Shown: in pieces, positions 18,066-29,081 of the stretch
Layout of the letters: every line of letters begins with the position of its first letter
How positions within the stretch are numbered: position 1 is the stretch's first letter
Origin: a virus
Taxonomy: Duplodnaviria > Caudoviricetes
DNA: 64,000 nt
Strand: one strand, 5' to 3'
IMG/VR virus record: IMGVR_UViG_3300035141_000033
Location: 2,401 to 66,400 of that record
The notes under the pieces: generated by a model
What the model was told of the DNA's origin: nothing
What the model saw: the letters and a program-made list of their open reading frames with translations, nothing else
Database searches by the model: none
Position numbers and translations under genes: made by a program

Positions 18066-18323
18066 TTACTTATCCTTAAAGAAATTTTTACTAAATCTTA
18101 AACCAAATAAAGCAGCAAAAATTAATCCTTGAAAGTGTATCACTTTAAACATAAATTCAAACTTTTCATAAACTGAACCTTTGCAAAATAAAAAAATAAT
18201 ACCTACTTCTATAATGATAAAAGAGAACAAACCCATCCATTTACTCATCTTAAAATTTCTTAATTCTAATAATAAAGGGTGTTTTTTCTTTTTCTTATCT
18301 TTTTTTGAATTCATATATTCCAT
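18066..18323 (-). CDS. putative holin (2 TM)
   Basis: Two hydrophobic segments, basic termini, adjacent to the endolysin. Confidence 0.5.
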   Translation of the reverse strand: MEYMNSKKDKKKKKHPLLLELRNFKMSKWMGLFSFIIIEVGIIFLFCKGSVYEKFEFMFKVIHFQGLIFAALFGLRFSKNFFKDK

Positions 18324-18873
18324 CCTCTAATGTAAAATCGTATTCATATGTATCTAAAACAGTCTCTAACCATTTCCAATTAAAATTACCAGGACATCTT
18401 TTAGTACCTCGTCCATATTTTTGTTTAAATACCCCATGTCCTGCTATTCTTTTTATAGGGTATTTCTTACATAATTCTTCAAATATCAAATCCAATATAG
18501 CACAATATTGTTCAGTGGTATATTCATCTCTATTAGTTCTATCATTGTTAATTAGCTCAATACCAATAGTTCTTTTGTCATGTCTTCCAGTGCTACTATG
18601 GTATACCCATCTATCTGGATTAATAATTTCAAAAATTTCTCCTTTTTTATTTATAATAAAATGAAATAAAGCAATACCTTTTTTATATTGTTCTGCTCTA
18701 TATATCCTTTTTCCATTTTTATCTTTACCCATATAACCGCCCTCTAACATCCATTTAATAATGTCTCCACCACCAGCAGTTCCATGAATAATAGCAGTAT
18801 CAATTTTTTTAATATTTCTTTTAAATCCTTTATGATATTTTAATCTAATTCCACTTTCAACTATATATTTCAT
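18295..18873 (-). CDS. endolysin, N-acetylmuramoyl-L-alanine amidase (Amidase_2)
   Basis: IIHGT, FHFII, IGIELI, GHG and CPG Zn-amidase motifs. Confidence 0.88.
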   Translation of the reverse strand: MKYIVESGIRLKYHKGFKRNIKKIDTAIIHGTAGGGDIIKWMLEGGYMGKDKNGKRIYRAEQYKKGIALFHFIINKKGEIFEIINPDRWVYHSSTGRHDKRTIGIELINNDRTNRDEYTTEQYCAILDLIFEELCKKYPIKRIAGHGVFKQKYGRGTKRCPGNFNWKWLETVLDTYEYDFTLEDGIYEFKKR

Positions 18874-18912
18874 TATACCCTATCCTTTATAAGAAGCAAT
18901 AGTCCATCAAAA

Positions 18913-19224
18913 TCAATCGCTATTGTTTTCATGAACACTTTCCTTTAAATTTAATTTTGTTGATAAAACTTTCACATCACCTGTTAATTTCCAAATATTA
19001 TCATTTAATTCTTTAATGTTTACATTCATATCTTTTAGAATATTTTTAATTTCATTTCGATGTCTGCTATATTCTTCAGAATGCATTTTGCAATTTTGAT
19101 TTGAAAATTCTATTTCTTTTTTATTGTCTCTAGTCATATCAGTTAGCCACAATATTCGTTTTGTTGTCCATACCAAAAAACCAACAAATAAACCTAATAT
19201 TATTCTAATTATTATCTGTTCCAT
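18913..19224 (-). CDS. holin-like membrane protein (1 TM plus coiled coil)
   Basis: N-terminal TM helix, directly upstream of the endolysin. Confidence 0.5.
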   Translation of the reverse strand: MEQIIIRIILGLFVGFLVWTTKRILWLTDMTRDNKKEIEFSNQNCKMHSEEYSRHRNEIKNILKDMNVNIKELNDNIWKLTGDVKVLSTKLNLKESVHENNSD

Positions 19225-19438
19225 TTTCTTTTACTTCCGTGTTTTTTTCTTTTACTTCCGTGTTAATTGCCGTAAGTATAGATTCAGTTACTCTTTTATA
19301 CCGATCTATTGTTAAATATTGTCCAGTAACATTCCCGTTGTTAATGTCAATTAATAGATTATTTAAAATTCCTATTACTTGATTGGTACAATTTTCACTT
19401 AAAATAATTTGTTTTTCCTTATTTTGCATATTTTGCAT
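19205..19438 (-). CDS. hypothetical protein after the tail fibre
   Basis: 77-aa ORF containing a 21-bp-period duplication (NTEVKEK). Confidence 0.6.
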   Translation of the reverse strand: MQNMQNKEKQIILSENCTNQVIGILNNLLIDINNGNVTGQYLTIDRYKRVTESILTAINTEVKEKNTEVKENGTDNN

Positions 19439-20840
19439 ATTTTATCTCCAATTTATTAATTTTATTATTTAATTCTTTAAAAGCTTCAGTAAGTAAAGCA
19501 GTTACTCTACCGTAGAACATTGTATGGTCTTTTCCATCTGCTGTTAATCCTGTAGCTTCAGGAATTATTTTAAAAACATCATCTGCAATAAATCCAATTT
19601 CTGTTTTTTCGCTTCTTTTATCTTTCCAATCAAAATACACGCCTTGCAGTTGAGTTACAATGTCAAGCGCGTTTTTAATTGGTTTTATATTTTCTTTTAA
19701 TTTTCTCGCTGAACTTATATAAAATCCTGATCCAGCGGTGTGATATACGTCACCAGTGCCGAGTCCAGTTATTTCCACTAATCCATTTTTTTTAATATGA
19801 AATCTAGGCGACCATGATATAGTATTCCCAGCTGTTCCAGATACCGCATTCCATCCAATAATTTGTCCATCTGTTAAAGTTAATAAAGAAGCAACATCAG
19901 TTGAAATATATTTCCACGTACTAGTTGAATTAAAATAACCATTAACTACGAGTCCAAACTTAGCACCAGCACCCTTTGTTGTTGAGCTGTATAATGTTGC
20001 ATTTCCACCCACTTTCAATGTTGAAAAAGTTGAAATCCAACTTTCTAAATTAGCGCATCCAACGCCTGCGTCATTTGATCCATTTATTATAAGTCTTGTC
20101 GTTCCGCCTGTGACAAGCTCTAATTTATCTGTACCATCCTGTCCGATTCCTGTGTCAGCATCACCTAACGCAAAAAATGGACCAGATGTTACAGTGTTAT
20201 CTATTTCTTTATCAGTAATTAAACCAGCGTTTCCTTCTTTTGATATTTGAAAAAATTCAGTATTTGCAATTCCGAAACGCATATCACTCGTTTCATAATT
20301 CCATAAAACAGCTTTTTCATTTTCATCAATTCCAATGTGAAAACCATTATTTTCAGATGACTCAGTATCAGAATTTGTAAAAGCAATTTGAACAGCATCA
20401 CTACTTTCATCATGAAGATGTAATTTTGTTAAAGGTGAATTTATACCGATACCTACATCTCCATTATTGTCTATAACTGCACGTTGTGCATTATTTGTCC
20501 AAAAATCTAAATTTGAATTTACTTGGTTTTTTAAAGAAACACTTTCATCAGCATTTAAACCAATTATAAAACCATTGTTTGATGCAGTTCCTGTAGTTGT
20601 ATTAGTGAATTGAGCTCTTGCTGCACTTGAACTGGTTTCATGTACATGTAATAATTCTGTTACTGCTCCAATATTTATTCCTAAATCATTTGTCACATTC
20701 ACATCAGTATTTATATATGTTTTCAATAAACTCATGGCAACTTGATAATCTCTATCAGAAGCAATACCCGCCATTAACCAAAGTACATCTGTGTCGTTTA
20801 TACTACTTGCTACTGGAAAATCTATTGGGGAAATTGACAT
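19419..20840 (-). CDS. tail fibre with C-terminal intramolecular chaperone (peptidase S74-like)
   Basis: GDVGIG repeats; SARKLKENIKPI...GVYFDWK...IGFIA; C-terminal coiled coil. Confidence 0.85.
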   Translation of the reverse strand: MSISPIDFPVASSINDTDVLWLMAGIASDRDYQVAMSLLKTYINTDVNVTNDLGINIGAVTELLHVHETSSSAARAQFTNTTTGTASNNGFIIGLNADESVSLKNQVNSNLDFWTNNAQRAVIDNNGDVGIGINSPLTKLHLHDESSDAVQIAFTNSDTESSENNGFHIGIDENEKAVLWNYETSDMRFGIANTEFFQISKEGNAGLITDKEIDNTVTSGPFFALGDADTGIGQDGTDKLELVTGGTTRLIINGSNDAGVGCANLESWISTFSTLKVGGNATLYSSTTKGAGAKFGLVVNGYFNSTSTWKYISTDVASLLTLTDGQIIGWNAVSGTAGNTISWSPRFHIKKNGLVEITGLGTGDVYHTAGSGFYISSARKLKENIKPIKNALDIVTQLQGVYFDWKDKRSEKTEIGFIADDVFKIIPEATGLTADGKDHTMFYGRVTALLTEAFKELNNKINKLEIKYAKYAK

Positions 20841-20841
20841 T

Positions 20842-23800
20842 TTAACCTCCTCTTAAACTTCGACCTAGACCATCAATCACTTGACGTCCTTGTCCGTCTA
20901 CTATATAATTTTCTGTCATTTCTGCTGTTACATCATTTGTAACAATTTGCTTTATATTATAATCTTCCACTTTCACAGGAAATGGAAATTCACTCCCTGC
21001 ATCAGCACTATTAATCCATAACATTTCATTATATTGGTTATAATAAATATACAAATATTTTCTCATACTTATACTTAAATTTGTAAAAGAAATTGTAGTT
21101 CCTATCCAATTTTTTATCATATTATGAATATCTTCTTCACCAACACCACCCCACACTACAACCGGAGGATAAGGATTTCCATCTTTAAAAAAAGCATAGC
21201 TTGTTAATAAACCCGTATTATAATCAAATCCAAATTCTTTTGTTTTATCTTTATATGCCGCTTCATAACTAACCATATCCAAAGGTTTAGTTGCTATTGC
21301 TGCAACATTTGTTGAATCAGGTAAAGTTATAGGTTCAGTTCTTTTCATATAAAATTTTTCTGCTATAGAAGCCGTGCTTTTTAAACCACCTAAAATTTCA
21401 TTAATAGGAATATCATTTTCAGTAAGAACATTTGTATCATAACAATAAACAATACCCACATATCCAACACCAACATCTTCTGCTACATCAATACCTCTAG
21501 GTAATGATATTTTAATGAAAGCATCTTCATTATCTACTTCTAAAATAGGTGTGTTGTATACTGCGTTTGGTTCTGCAGATTCAACTCTAGGCACAAAAAT
21601 TGCTTTCCAACCGTCACTATCATCATTATATAGACCACAATATGTTCCTGTATGGTCAATTGTAGGTTTAACCCAGAAAGTGAAAGTAACAATATTGGTT
21701 TGAAAATTATTTGAATTTACCATATGACCATAATAAACATAATCTGTATCTGCAATTCTTAGCCATAACCAATCATCAAATTGGGCACTTATGGTTTGTT
21801 CTAATTCAATTATACATCCCACGGCAAATCGTCCTATAAAATCAGTTCTAGTTATTGTTCCAGAATATTGTGCTAAAGAAGAACCCACATTACGTAAATC
21901 ATTAGGTGAAGGAGTATCATCTACATTTAAAATAATACTATTTCCATTCTCACTCTTTTCTATTTCAGTAACTTTAAATTCCCAAACAGGTAACTTTCTT
22001 AATTTAGGAATAATTCCACCCTCGCCTTTGGAGGTTTGATAAAAGGTGCTTGTTGCCTCATCCCAGGTAGAAAACAAAAATGAAGGAAAAGCCCAACCAG
22101 ACATACTAGGATCAGGCGGAGTTCCTCCATATACAGCTAAATTAGCTGTATATATTAAATTATCACCACCTGTAGCTTGACCTTGAAATCCAAAATCATA
22201 TTTACTTATTTCTGAAATCAAAGAAAAACCTCTAAAACCTTCCCATTCTCCTGATTTTTGTAAAGCACCTTCTCCTTCAATCCATTCTGGTATTTGAAAA
22301 TAAAAATATTGTATTTCACCAATGGTTAATTGTTGGCTTAATAATGGACTTAATACCATCTCAGAACCATTGTAACTTTCATACATATAATTTTTACTTT
22401 GTCTATTACCTAAATAAGTGATAGAAGGAACAAAACCACTTGTCGCCCAAGAATTTAATCTATGCCATATAATAGAATCTTCTTTCAATATAACAATATT
22501 GTCTAATCCAAGTTTTTCATATTTTTCCCATTCTGAATCAAGAATTTCAGTATCATAGCTTCTTATATATAATTTGGATTCTTGTAATATCTCATTATCA
22601 TCCGATCTATATTTATCACTGCGAGGTATATAATTTAAATAACTACCACCTTGCTCCCATTCGTTAAAAATAGGATATTTATTAATTGATAAATCTACAT
22701 CATAAGAATCAGTAATTCCATCTACTGTATTATCAAATATTCGTAAATCAATTCCTAAATCTTCATTAAATTTAGTGGTTCCATTTTCATCTAAAAATAT
22801 ATTAGCATCATTATCAGCTAAATAACTATAATCAAAACCACCATAATATAAAGTCCCAAAGATATGTGTTAAATCGGTAGGAATAATTTGACCTGTTCCT
22901 TCTAAATCAGCACCCCTATTTAATAAAGAATCACCAATTGGAACATTACCTCCATACCAAACAAAAGCACCAGCTCCATACCTTTTATCAATTATCATAG
23001 TACTTTGATTTTTAAATTCTCTTAAAAAATTATAATCAACTTCATCTAACCAACTACAATATTGAATATCACCAGAAGGAGAGCTACTTGATCCTTCTAA
23101 AAAATTATCCATAATAATCACAACATCAAAATCACCTAACGCTTCAGTATATGAAGAATAACCTTGTGCTGTTAAATACCCTTGAATACTTCCCCAAGCA
23201 CCATCAGCATTACCCGGGGTTTCTATTCCGTCATAGTACCCTGTGATTACCACAGTATCATACAAAATATCTAAAGACTCAGCAATTTGATTTTCACTAC
23301 GCCATTTATCATAAACCCTACTAGCAATAGCAATAGTATCAAAATTATCATCTCTAGGAGTTTTTGTAAAACCATATATTAATATTTTAGGTTTTGTTAT
23401 TGTTTTTGAAGTGAATGAAGGTTTCCAACCATTAACGGCATTATCCTTAGAATTACTAGCAGGATCAATTAATATAAGATTTTCAGGATTTAAATCACCC
23501 CATTGTATTCCTTGAATCTTAGGTAAATCATTTCTTTTTATAATATCTTTTGTATTTATAGAATATGTTCCAGAAAAAGCATCTGAAAAATAAACTCTAT
23601 ATCTATAATCCCATTTCCATCTGATTATTTCAGGTATTATAAAATAATCAGTTCCAAAAACTAAATCTGTAGTACAATCAACCTGATTAATACCCCCAGT
23701 TTTTAATTTAAATCCAGAATTTTCTCTATATAAAATTCCATGCTCTATCCTATCATATCCTCCGTTAGGGTAACCGTCATCTTTACCCTGTTCATAATAA

Positions 23801-26800
23801 TATACCGTTAAACTATGTCCGTTAGCTGTATCGTCATCAAAATAAATACTGGTATTCCAAGTACCTTTACCAGCAGGACTATCATCACTAGCATGATATT
23901 CAATTCTATATACTGTTCCCATTACTAACCAATCAGTATCATCATTATCATAAACACCAACCACTGCATAAATGGTATCTGATGTTAATATCACACTACC
24001 GCCTGTAGCTTGACCTGTTATTCCTTCAATTAATGGATCATAAGAATGACTTTCAGCATTAACCTCGGTAGTGGAACCATCTCCTGCATGAAATAATTTA
24101 TTTATTGTTCCAGTTGGAATTGTAGCACTTCCATCTAACACAATACGTTTATAAGAACTGTGCCCGTTTTCTATCCAAACCGAATTAGTACCTATTGCTG
24201 CTTTTCCGGCAGCAGTAAAAACAATCCAACCGGCATTACTATCTATATACGAAAAAGGTAAATAGGTAGATAAAAAATCGCTTGCATCTTTACCAATAGC
24301 ACTTCGTCTAAAAAAAATGTTAGGAGAACGTGGCAATAAAAAGCTAATATCTTGTACACCAGCATCAGCGATATTTCCTGTATGATAATCGGTTGCATTC
24401 TCAGGGAAAGTATATGAAGATATTTGTATTTTTCTATGTGGATTATAAAAAATAATTGCACCAGTTAATCTTCTAATACAAATAGCATAAGGATCATAAT
24501 CACTAGAAATATAAGATGTTTCATAACCACTATCAGGTATACCTAAAGTCATTCTTGTATTCTTATTCATTGCTTGAAGCATATCATAATATAATTCTGT
24601 TAATACAATATTCCCACCTTGTCCTATATCTTCAATTTGATCTGAATATTTAGAAAGCATTACAGTGCCGATTAATAAAGATAAATACATTTGATGGGTG
24701 TGTGGATAACCTAATACCATTAATTTACAATATCCGGCAGGTCCTTGCTTTTTCATATTTTCCCATCTTTCAATGGTATGTTGCCAATCATAAACGTAAA
24801 ATTGTTTTGTAACTTCATTAGACATATCCCAACTAGACTGCAATGCTTCAAACATTATATAATGTTGATATCTGGCACAAACAGAATTTACATAAGTCGA
24901 ATATACATTAAAATCATCACACCATGTGTTTATTATTATATTTCCACTTTCAGCTTTTACCCAATTATCATTATAATCATAGGAACGGTTTTCCACATGT
25001 GTTCTTAATAAATCAAGAAAACTTGCCATCGCAACGCCATAAGTAAAACCATTATCAACATAAAATTTATTCCGTATAACATAACTTTTATTTAAACCAG
25101 TATCTGGGTTTGCATCAAACCACAATTCATCAGCGTCATTTCCGGTGATTAAAATCCAAGAACCACTTTCAATTTTCACATAATAGCCTTCCCACTGATC
25201 TGTTTCCCAACTTTTATCCGTATCTTGTAACCATGTATCACCAACATCTTCACCTATACCTGAATCAGTTTGAGATTGATTTATTTCATTTCTATATAAA
25301 GAATCCCAGACATCATCAACTAAAACACCGTCAAATCCTTGATATGGTACATCATTTATTATATACTTGCCATTATACAAAAAATCGGAAGGTACTACAA
25401 TAGTTAAAGTTGTTGCTGTATTACTAGAAATTTTATACCATTTTTGTATTTCAGTTGTATTCACTAATTTCACATAATAGCCTTCCCACTGATCTACATT
25501 CCAATTTTGATTTGTATCTGTCATAATTCCAAGACTACTTACTGAACAAAAACCATGATCGAAAATACCCATAGTTTTATCAATTTTCCAGACCTTAAAC
25601 CATTCATTACAATCATCATTTGCAATATCCATCATATAACCAGTGCCAAACCAATAAGTCATATAATTTCCATTTCCATCTGTAACCATCCAATCTTCCG
25701 AACCTGGTATATCCGCACCAGCTGCATAAGTTGTTCCATTTATAGTTAATTTAACAGACATTGAATTTTTAATTCTAGGAGTTGGACTAGAATTAAATTC
25801 AGGCAAATAATCACTAGTTCCTGCACCATCAATATATCCTAAACTTCTATGTTCCAATGCTTCATTAGCTCCAATAAATTCTACGGCCCATCCTTGAGTT
25901 ACATCTTCAGTGGTTTTACTTTGAGATCTATCTAAGGTAGTTAATCTTGATTTAGATAAAAATTTTATATCTGCTGCATTTACATTTTTATAAGTTAAAA
26001 TATAATAAAACTTTTCTAACAAACCCCATTTAGCATAATGCTCCCAATAAGGACCATCTGTTGCATCAATATATCCTAAACCTTGCACCAATGGATCCAA
26101 TTGTAAAATATTACTACCTTCACCTTCAGTCCCTATGGTATTTACTGCGGTAACTTGAAAATAATATTTAGCCCATCTATAGATATTACTAATAGTTACT
26201 GAATTTGTTTGTGAAACAGTAGAAAATAATAAATTACTTTCCGATGTACCCACATATATTCGATAATAAGAAACACCACTAACCGAATCCCACCACAAAT
26301 TAGCACTTCCATTAATTTCACGATATCCTTCTAGGTTTTCTGGAGTACCTGGTAATGTTAATTCCCAATCTTCTAAAATAGGATATAAAATCCTATCACT
26401 AATAGTTATTTGAATTATAGACAATTCAATATCAATATCAACTTGATCTATAACAAAAGGAACCGCTACAATCCCTTCATTTTGCAAAGTAAGAGTTACA
26501 ATATTACCAGGTCTAAGAAACATAAATAATTCACTTAAAGTTAACTGCATAGTTAACTTTTGTCCTATTTGATTAGTTAAAATACTTGTACCAACTGCGG
26601 CAATTCCAGAAGTTAATTTTATCGGGTATGCTGAATAATCTTTAGAATATATTTGATTATCATTTAATATTAAATAAGTTTGTGGACTTGATAAAGTACA
26701 ATTTTCAAAAAATAAAGTGTTCTTATTATTTCCATTAATATATAATATTTCTTTACTTCCACCAGTACCTACTTCTACATATTTTCCTCTATGTTCATTA

Positions 26801-27651
26801 GCACTCCATAAATTATCCCCACCTAATGTATTATCTTGTAAATAAGTAGAGGTTAAATCAGTTGTTGTACCAGTAGCTCCAATAGATCCTTCAGCAGTAG
26901 TAGGTGTTCCTAAATTATCCCATTCTATACTATAACGTGAATATACATTTTGCTGATTTGTTTTCTTTATATTACTTGTTTTGAGTATTCTTTGATTAGG
27001 TATTTGATAACCATAATCTCCTGAAAATTCTTGAAAAGATTTAAGAAAAATTTTATTTTCAATTATATAGATTTCTGAAATACCTAAACATAAGTTTTTT
27101 AAAAAATCTATAGGTTTTAAATCATCAGTATTAGAAACACTACAATCTACCTGTATGCTATCACCAGTTTGTATTTCTTTAACTTGTAAAAAAGAACCTA
27201 CATCAATAATAGTATCGTCAACATATCTTCTTAGGAAAGCTAATTGATGTTCTGCTGGAGTAGCCGTAGCTCCTGCAAAAGCTTGATTATTAGTATAACC
27301 ATCGCCAGTTTTATAAACAAAACTCTTTGCTTCAAGTAAATTAATAATACTTTCGGTAGTTTCAATTAAAACAGTTCCATTTATATCCCTAGTTATATTA
27401 TCAATAACACCATACCACGAAATAGCATCATTTTCATCAACTATAGTAACGGTTGCTTCTCTATAATTTCCACGATAAGGATATAATAAAGAACTTGTAT
27501 TTTCAGGAGAAAATAAATTATCATTATTTTCCACCCGTAGAGTGGCTTTACTTGCTGAAAAATTAGCAATACGTCCCATTTTCATTTTTATTTTAGGACG
27601 CTCAATCACATAAGAAGTTATATCAATATTATTTAATTTGTAATAATTCAT
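20842..27651 (-). CDS. giant multidomain tail protein (baseplate hub/Tal position, FN3, putative glycoside hydrolase)
   Basis: 2269 aa; FN3 motif (PGTPENL...LWWDSV...YRIY...YYFQVTAVN..GEG); TIM-barrel GH-like FDGVLVDD; repeated W..Q/E..G.YV modules. Confidence 0.7.
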   Translation of the reverse strand: MNYYKLNNIDITSYVIERPKIKMKMGRIANFSASKATLRVENNDNLFSPENTSSLLYPYRGNYREATVTIVDENDAISWYGVIDNITRDINGTVLIETTESIINLLEAKSFVYKTGDGYTNNQAFAGATATPAEHQLAFLRRYVDDTIIDVGSFLQVKEIQTGDSIQVDCSVSNTDDLKPIDFLKNLCLGISEIYIIENKIFLKSFQEFSGDYGYQIPNQRILKTSNIKKTNQQNVYSRYSIEWDNLGTPTTAEGSIGATGTTTDLTSTYLQDNTLGGDNLWSANEHRGKYVEVGTGGSKEILYINGNNKNTLFFENCTLSSPQTYLILNDNQIYSKDYSAYPIKLTSGIAAVGTSILTNQIGQKLTMQLTLSELFMFLRPGNIVTLTLQNEGIVAVPFVIDQVDIDIELSIIQITISDRILYPILEDWELTLPGTPENLEGYREINGSANLWWDSVSGVSYYRIYVGTSESNLLFSTVSQTNSVTISNIYRWAKYYFQVTAVNTIGTEGEGSNILQLDPLVQGLGYIDATDGPYWEHYAKWGLLEKFYYILTYKNVNAADIKFLSKSRLTTLDRSQSKTTEDVTQGWAVEFIGANEALEHRSLGYIDGAGTSDYLPEFNSSPTPRIKNSMSVKLTINGTTYAAGADIPGSEDWMVTDGNGNYMTYWFGTGYMMDIANDDCNEWFKVWKIDKTMGIFDHGFCSVSSLGIMTDTNQNWNVDQWEGYYVKLVNTTEIQKWYKISSNTATTLTIVVPSDFLYNGKYIINDVPYQGFDGVLVDDVWDSLYRNEINQSQTDSGIGEDVGDTWLQDTDKSWETDQWEGYYVKIESGSWILITGNDADELWFDANPDTGLNKSYVIRNKFYVDNGFTYGVAMASFLDLLRTHVENRSYDYNDNWVKAESGNIIINTWCDDFNVYSTYVNSVCARYQHYIMFEALQSSWDMSNEVTKQFYVYDWQHTIERWENMKKQGPAGYCKLMVLGYPHTHQMYLSLLIGTVMLSKYSDQIEDIGQGGNIVLTELYYDMLQAMNKNTRMTLGIPDSGYETSYISSDYDPYAICIRRLTGAIIFYNPHRKIQISSYTFPENATDYHTGNIADAGVQDISFLLPRSPNIFFRRSAIGKDASDFLSTYLPFSYIDSNAGWIVFTAAGKAAIGTNSVWIENGHSSYKRIVLDGSATIPTGTINKLFHAGDGSTTEVNAESHSYDPLIEGITGQATGGSVILTSDTIYAVVGVYDNDDTDWLVMGTVYRIEYHASDDSPAGKGTWNTSIYFDDDTANGHSLTVYYYEQGKDDGYPNGGYDRIEHGILYRENSGFKLKTGGINQVDCTTDLVFGTDYFIIPEIIRWKWDYRYRVYFSDAFSGTYSINTKDIIKRNDLPKIQGIQWGDLNPENLILIDPASNSKDNAVNGWKPSFTSKTITKPKILIYGFTKTPRDDNFDTIAIASRVYDKWRSENQIAESLDILYDTVVITGYYDGIETPGNADGAWGSIQGYLTAQGYSSYTEALGDFDVVIIMDNFLEGSSSSPSGDIQYCSWLDEVDYNFLREFKNQSTMIIDKRYGAGAFVWYGGNVPIGDSLLNRGADLEGTGQIIPTDLTHIFGTLYYGGFDYSYLADNDANIFLDENGTTKFNEDLGIDLRIFDNTVDGITDSYDVDLSINKYPIFNEWEQGGSYLNYIPRSDKYRSDDNEILQESKLYIRSYDTEILDSEWEKYEKLGLDNIVILKEDSIIWHRLNSWATSGFVPSITYLGNRQSKNYMYESYNGSEMVLSPLLSQQLTIGEIQYFYFQIPEWIEGEGALQKSGEWEGFRGFSLISEISKYDFGFQGQATGGDNLIYTANLAVYGGTPPDPSMSGWAFPSFLFSTWDEATSTFYQTSKGEGGIIPKLRKLPVWEFKVTEIEKSENGNSIILNVDDTPSPNDLRNVGSSLAQYSGTITRTDFIGRFAVGCIIELEQTISAQFDDWLWLRIADTDYVYYGHMVNSNNFQTNIVTFTFWVKPTIDHTGTYCGLYNDDSDGWKAIFVPRVESAEPNAVYNTPILEVDNEDAFIKISLPRGIDVAEDVGVGYVGIVYCYDTNVLTENDIPINEILGGLKSTASIAEKFYMKRTEPITLPDSTNVAAIATKPLDMVSYEAAYKDKTKEFGFDYNTGLLTSYAFFKDGNPYPPVVVWGGVGEEDIHNMIKNWIGTTISFTNLSISMRKYLYIYYNQYNEMLWINSADAGSEFPFPVKVEDYNIKQIVTNDVTAEMTENYIVDGQGRQVIDGLGRSLRGG

Positions 27652-29081
27652 AATTTAATTAACACCAATTGTATATTTTTCCATAAATCCATATCTTCTT
27701 TATCTAATGGTTTGGTCCTTCGCATTCCTTTTGTTCTATCTACAAAATATACAGAAAAAGTGATCCCGTCATTTTCTGATAAATAAACATTTGTTTGCCT
27801 ATTATACATATTTAAAAGATTATTAAATTCTGTTTCTGTTACTATATTCCAACCAATTGTTAAAGTATCCACTTCACCTTTTGCTACAATTTTTGGATGT
27901 AATGTGTTTGTATAATACAATTTACCTTCAACAAGCATAGTACCTAACACATAATTATCTGATCTTTCAGTATCAAATTCAATATAATTTTCAGTACTAA
28001 CAGTCCTTTCCATTAGATAACAACCTAAATCTTTCCCTTCAGAAGAAACGCCATAAACAGGACTTGAAAAATTAGCATCGGCATATCCATTGTATACGGT
28101 TCTAAGTCTATAATCACCACTACCAACAAAAAACGGATTAAACCTAATCTGGGTGTTCGATAATGTAGGAGCACCATTTATTGAACCTACACAAATATAA
28201 CTCAAAGTTCCGCTTGTATAATAATAATCATAAATAGTATTTTCATACAAAATACTATCTTGAAAATTAACACTTAAATTGGTTGAATTATGCCCATACA
28301 AACCATATTGGTTTCCTGCAATAGTAACATAATCTCCATCTATTGTTTTACTGGTTGAACCAGTTGAATAAATACCTGCTCTATCACAATCAACGATTAA
28401 TGTACGGTCAATATCTAATTGTCCTTCAACAATTCTAATTCCATTTCCATCAGTAGTTCCGTCATTTATTATATTTTTTATAATACATTTATTTACAACT
28501 ACACTAGAAGAAGTTGCAGGCATTGATATTCCATCTCTGGTTGCTGTCTCTATGGTCACATTTTGAAAAGTACCACTGTATAATCGAACACATGTAACTT
28601 GTGATCCATATCCATCAGGTACGGTCATTTTCACATTTTTTAATTTTGCAGAATAAGTCAGATCGATCATATATTCCTGACTTGCTACTCCAGTATCAAT
28701 TGTTAATGTTGGAGTTTGGCCATTTAAACCTTGTAAGGTAACACCTGCCAACGGTAATGTTAATTGTCCAGATTTACCCGTATAATATTCATTACTATCT
28801 AATATAGTGATAATTGTTTGATTAGAATCAAGATTATCTAAAGCATGTAAAACAGTACGATATGGATTTGCATAAGTACCATCTCCAGTACTATCACTTC
28901 CTGCATATGAAACATAAGCACAATTGCTGTCATTATGTCCATCTAAATCAGAAGCTAAAGTATTAACAGTACATCCAATCGGAATTGATTCTGATTCAGT
29001 ATAAGTTCCAGCAACATCATATCTCCATTTTAATTTACTCATATCATTCACCCTGTTGTCTGAACAAAGTTGTTCCTTCAA
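27648..29081 (-). CDS. tail protein at Dit position with right-handed beta-helix
   Basis: YVSYAGSDSTGDGT..NPYRTV and parallel beta-helix repeats; directly follows the tape measure gene; likely start ~29042. Confidence 0.65.
   Translation of the reverse strand: MKEQLCSDNRVNDMSKLKWRYDVAGTYTESESIPIGCTVNTLASDLDGHNDSNCAYVSYAGSDSTGDGTYANPYRTVLHALDNLDSNQTIITILDSNEYYTGKSGQLTLPLAGVTLQGLNGQTPTLTIDTGVASQEYMIDLTYSAKLKNVKMTVPDGYGSQVTCVRLYSGTFQNVTIETATRDGISMPATSSSVVVNKCIIKNIINDGTTDGNGIRIVEGQLDIDRTLIVDCDRAGIYSTGSTSKTIDGDYVTIAGNQYGLYGHNSTNLSVNFQDSILYENTIYDYYYTSGTLSYICVGSINGAPTLSNTQIRFNPFFVGSGDYRLRTVYNGYADANFSSPVYGVSSEGKDLGCYLMERTVSTENYIEFDTERSDNYVLGTMLVEGKLYYTNTLHPKIVAKGEVDTLTIGWNIVTETEFNNLLNMYNRQTNVYLSENDGITFSVYFVDRTKGMRRTKPLDKEDMDLWKNIQLVLIKL

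Noticed and set aside
19419-27651. Diversity-generating retroelement targeting the tail genes
   Set aside because: No reverse transcriptase and no TR/VR pair with adenine-specific mismatches was seen
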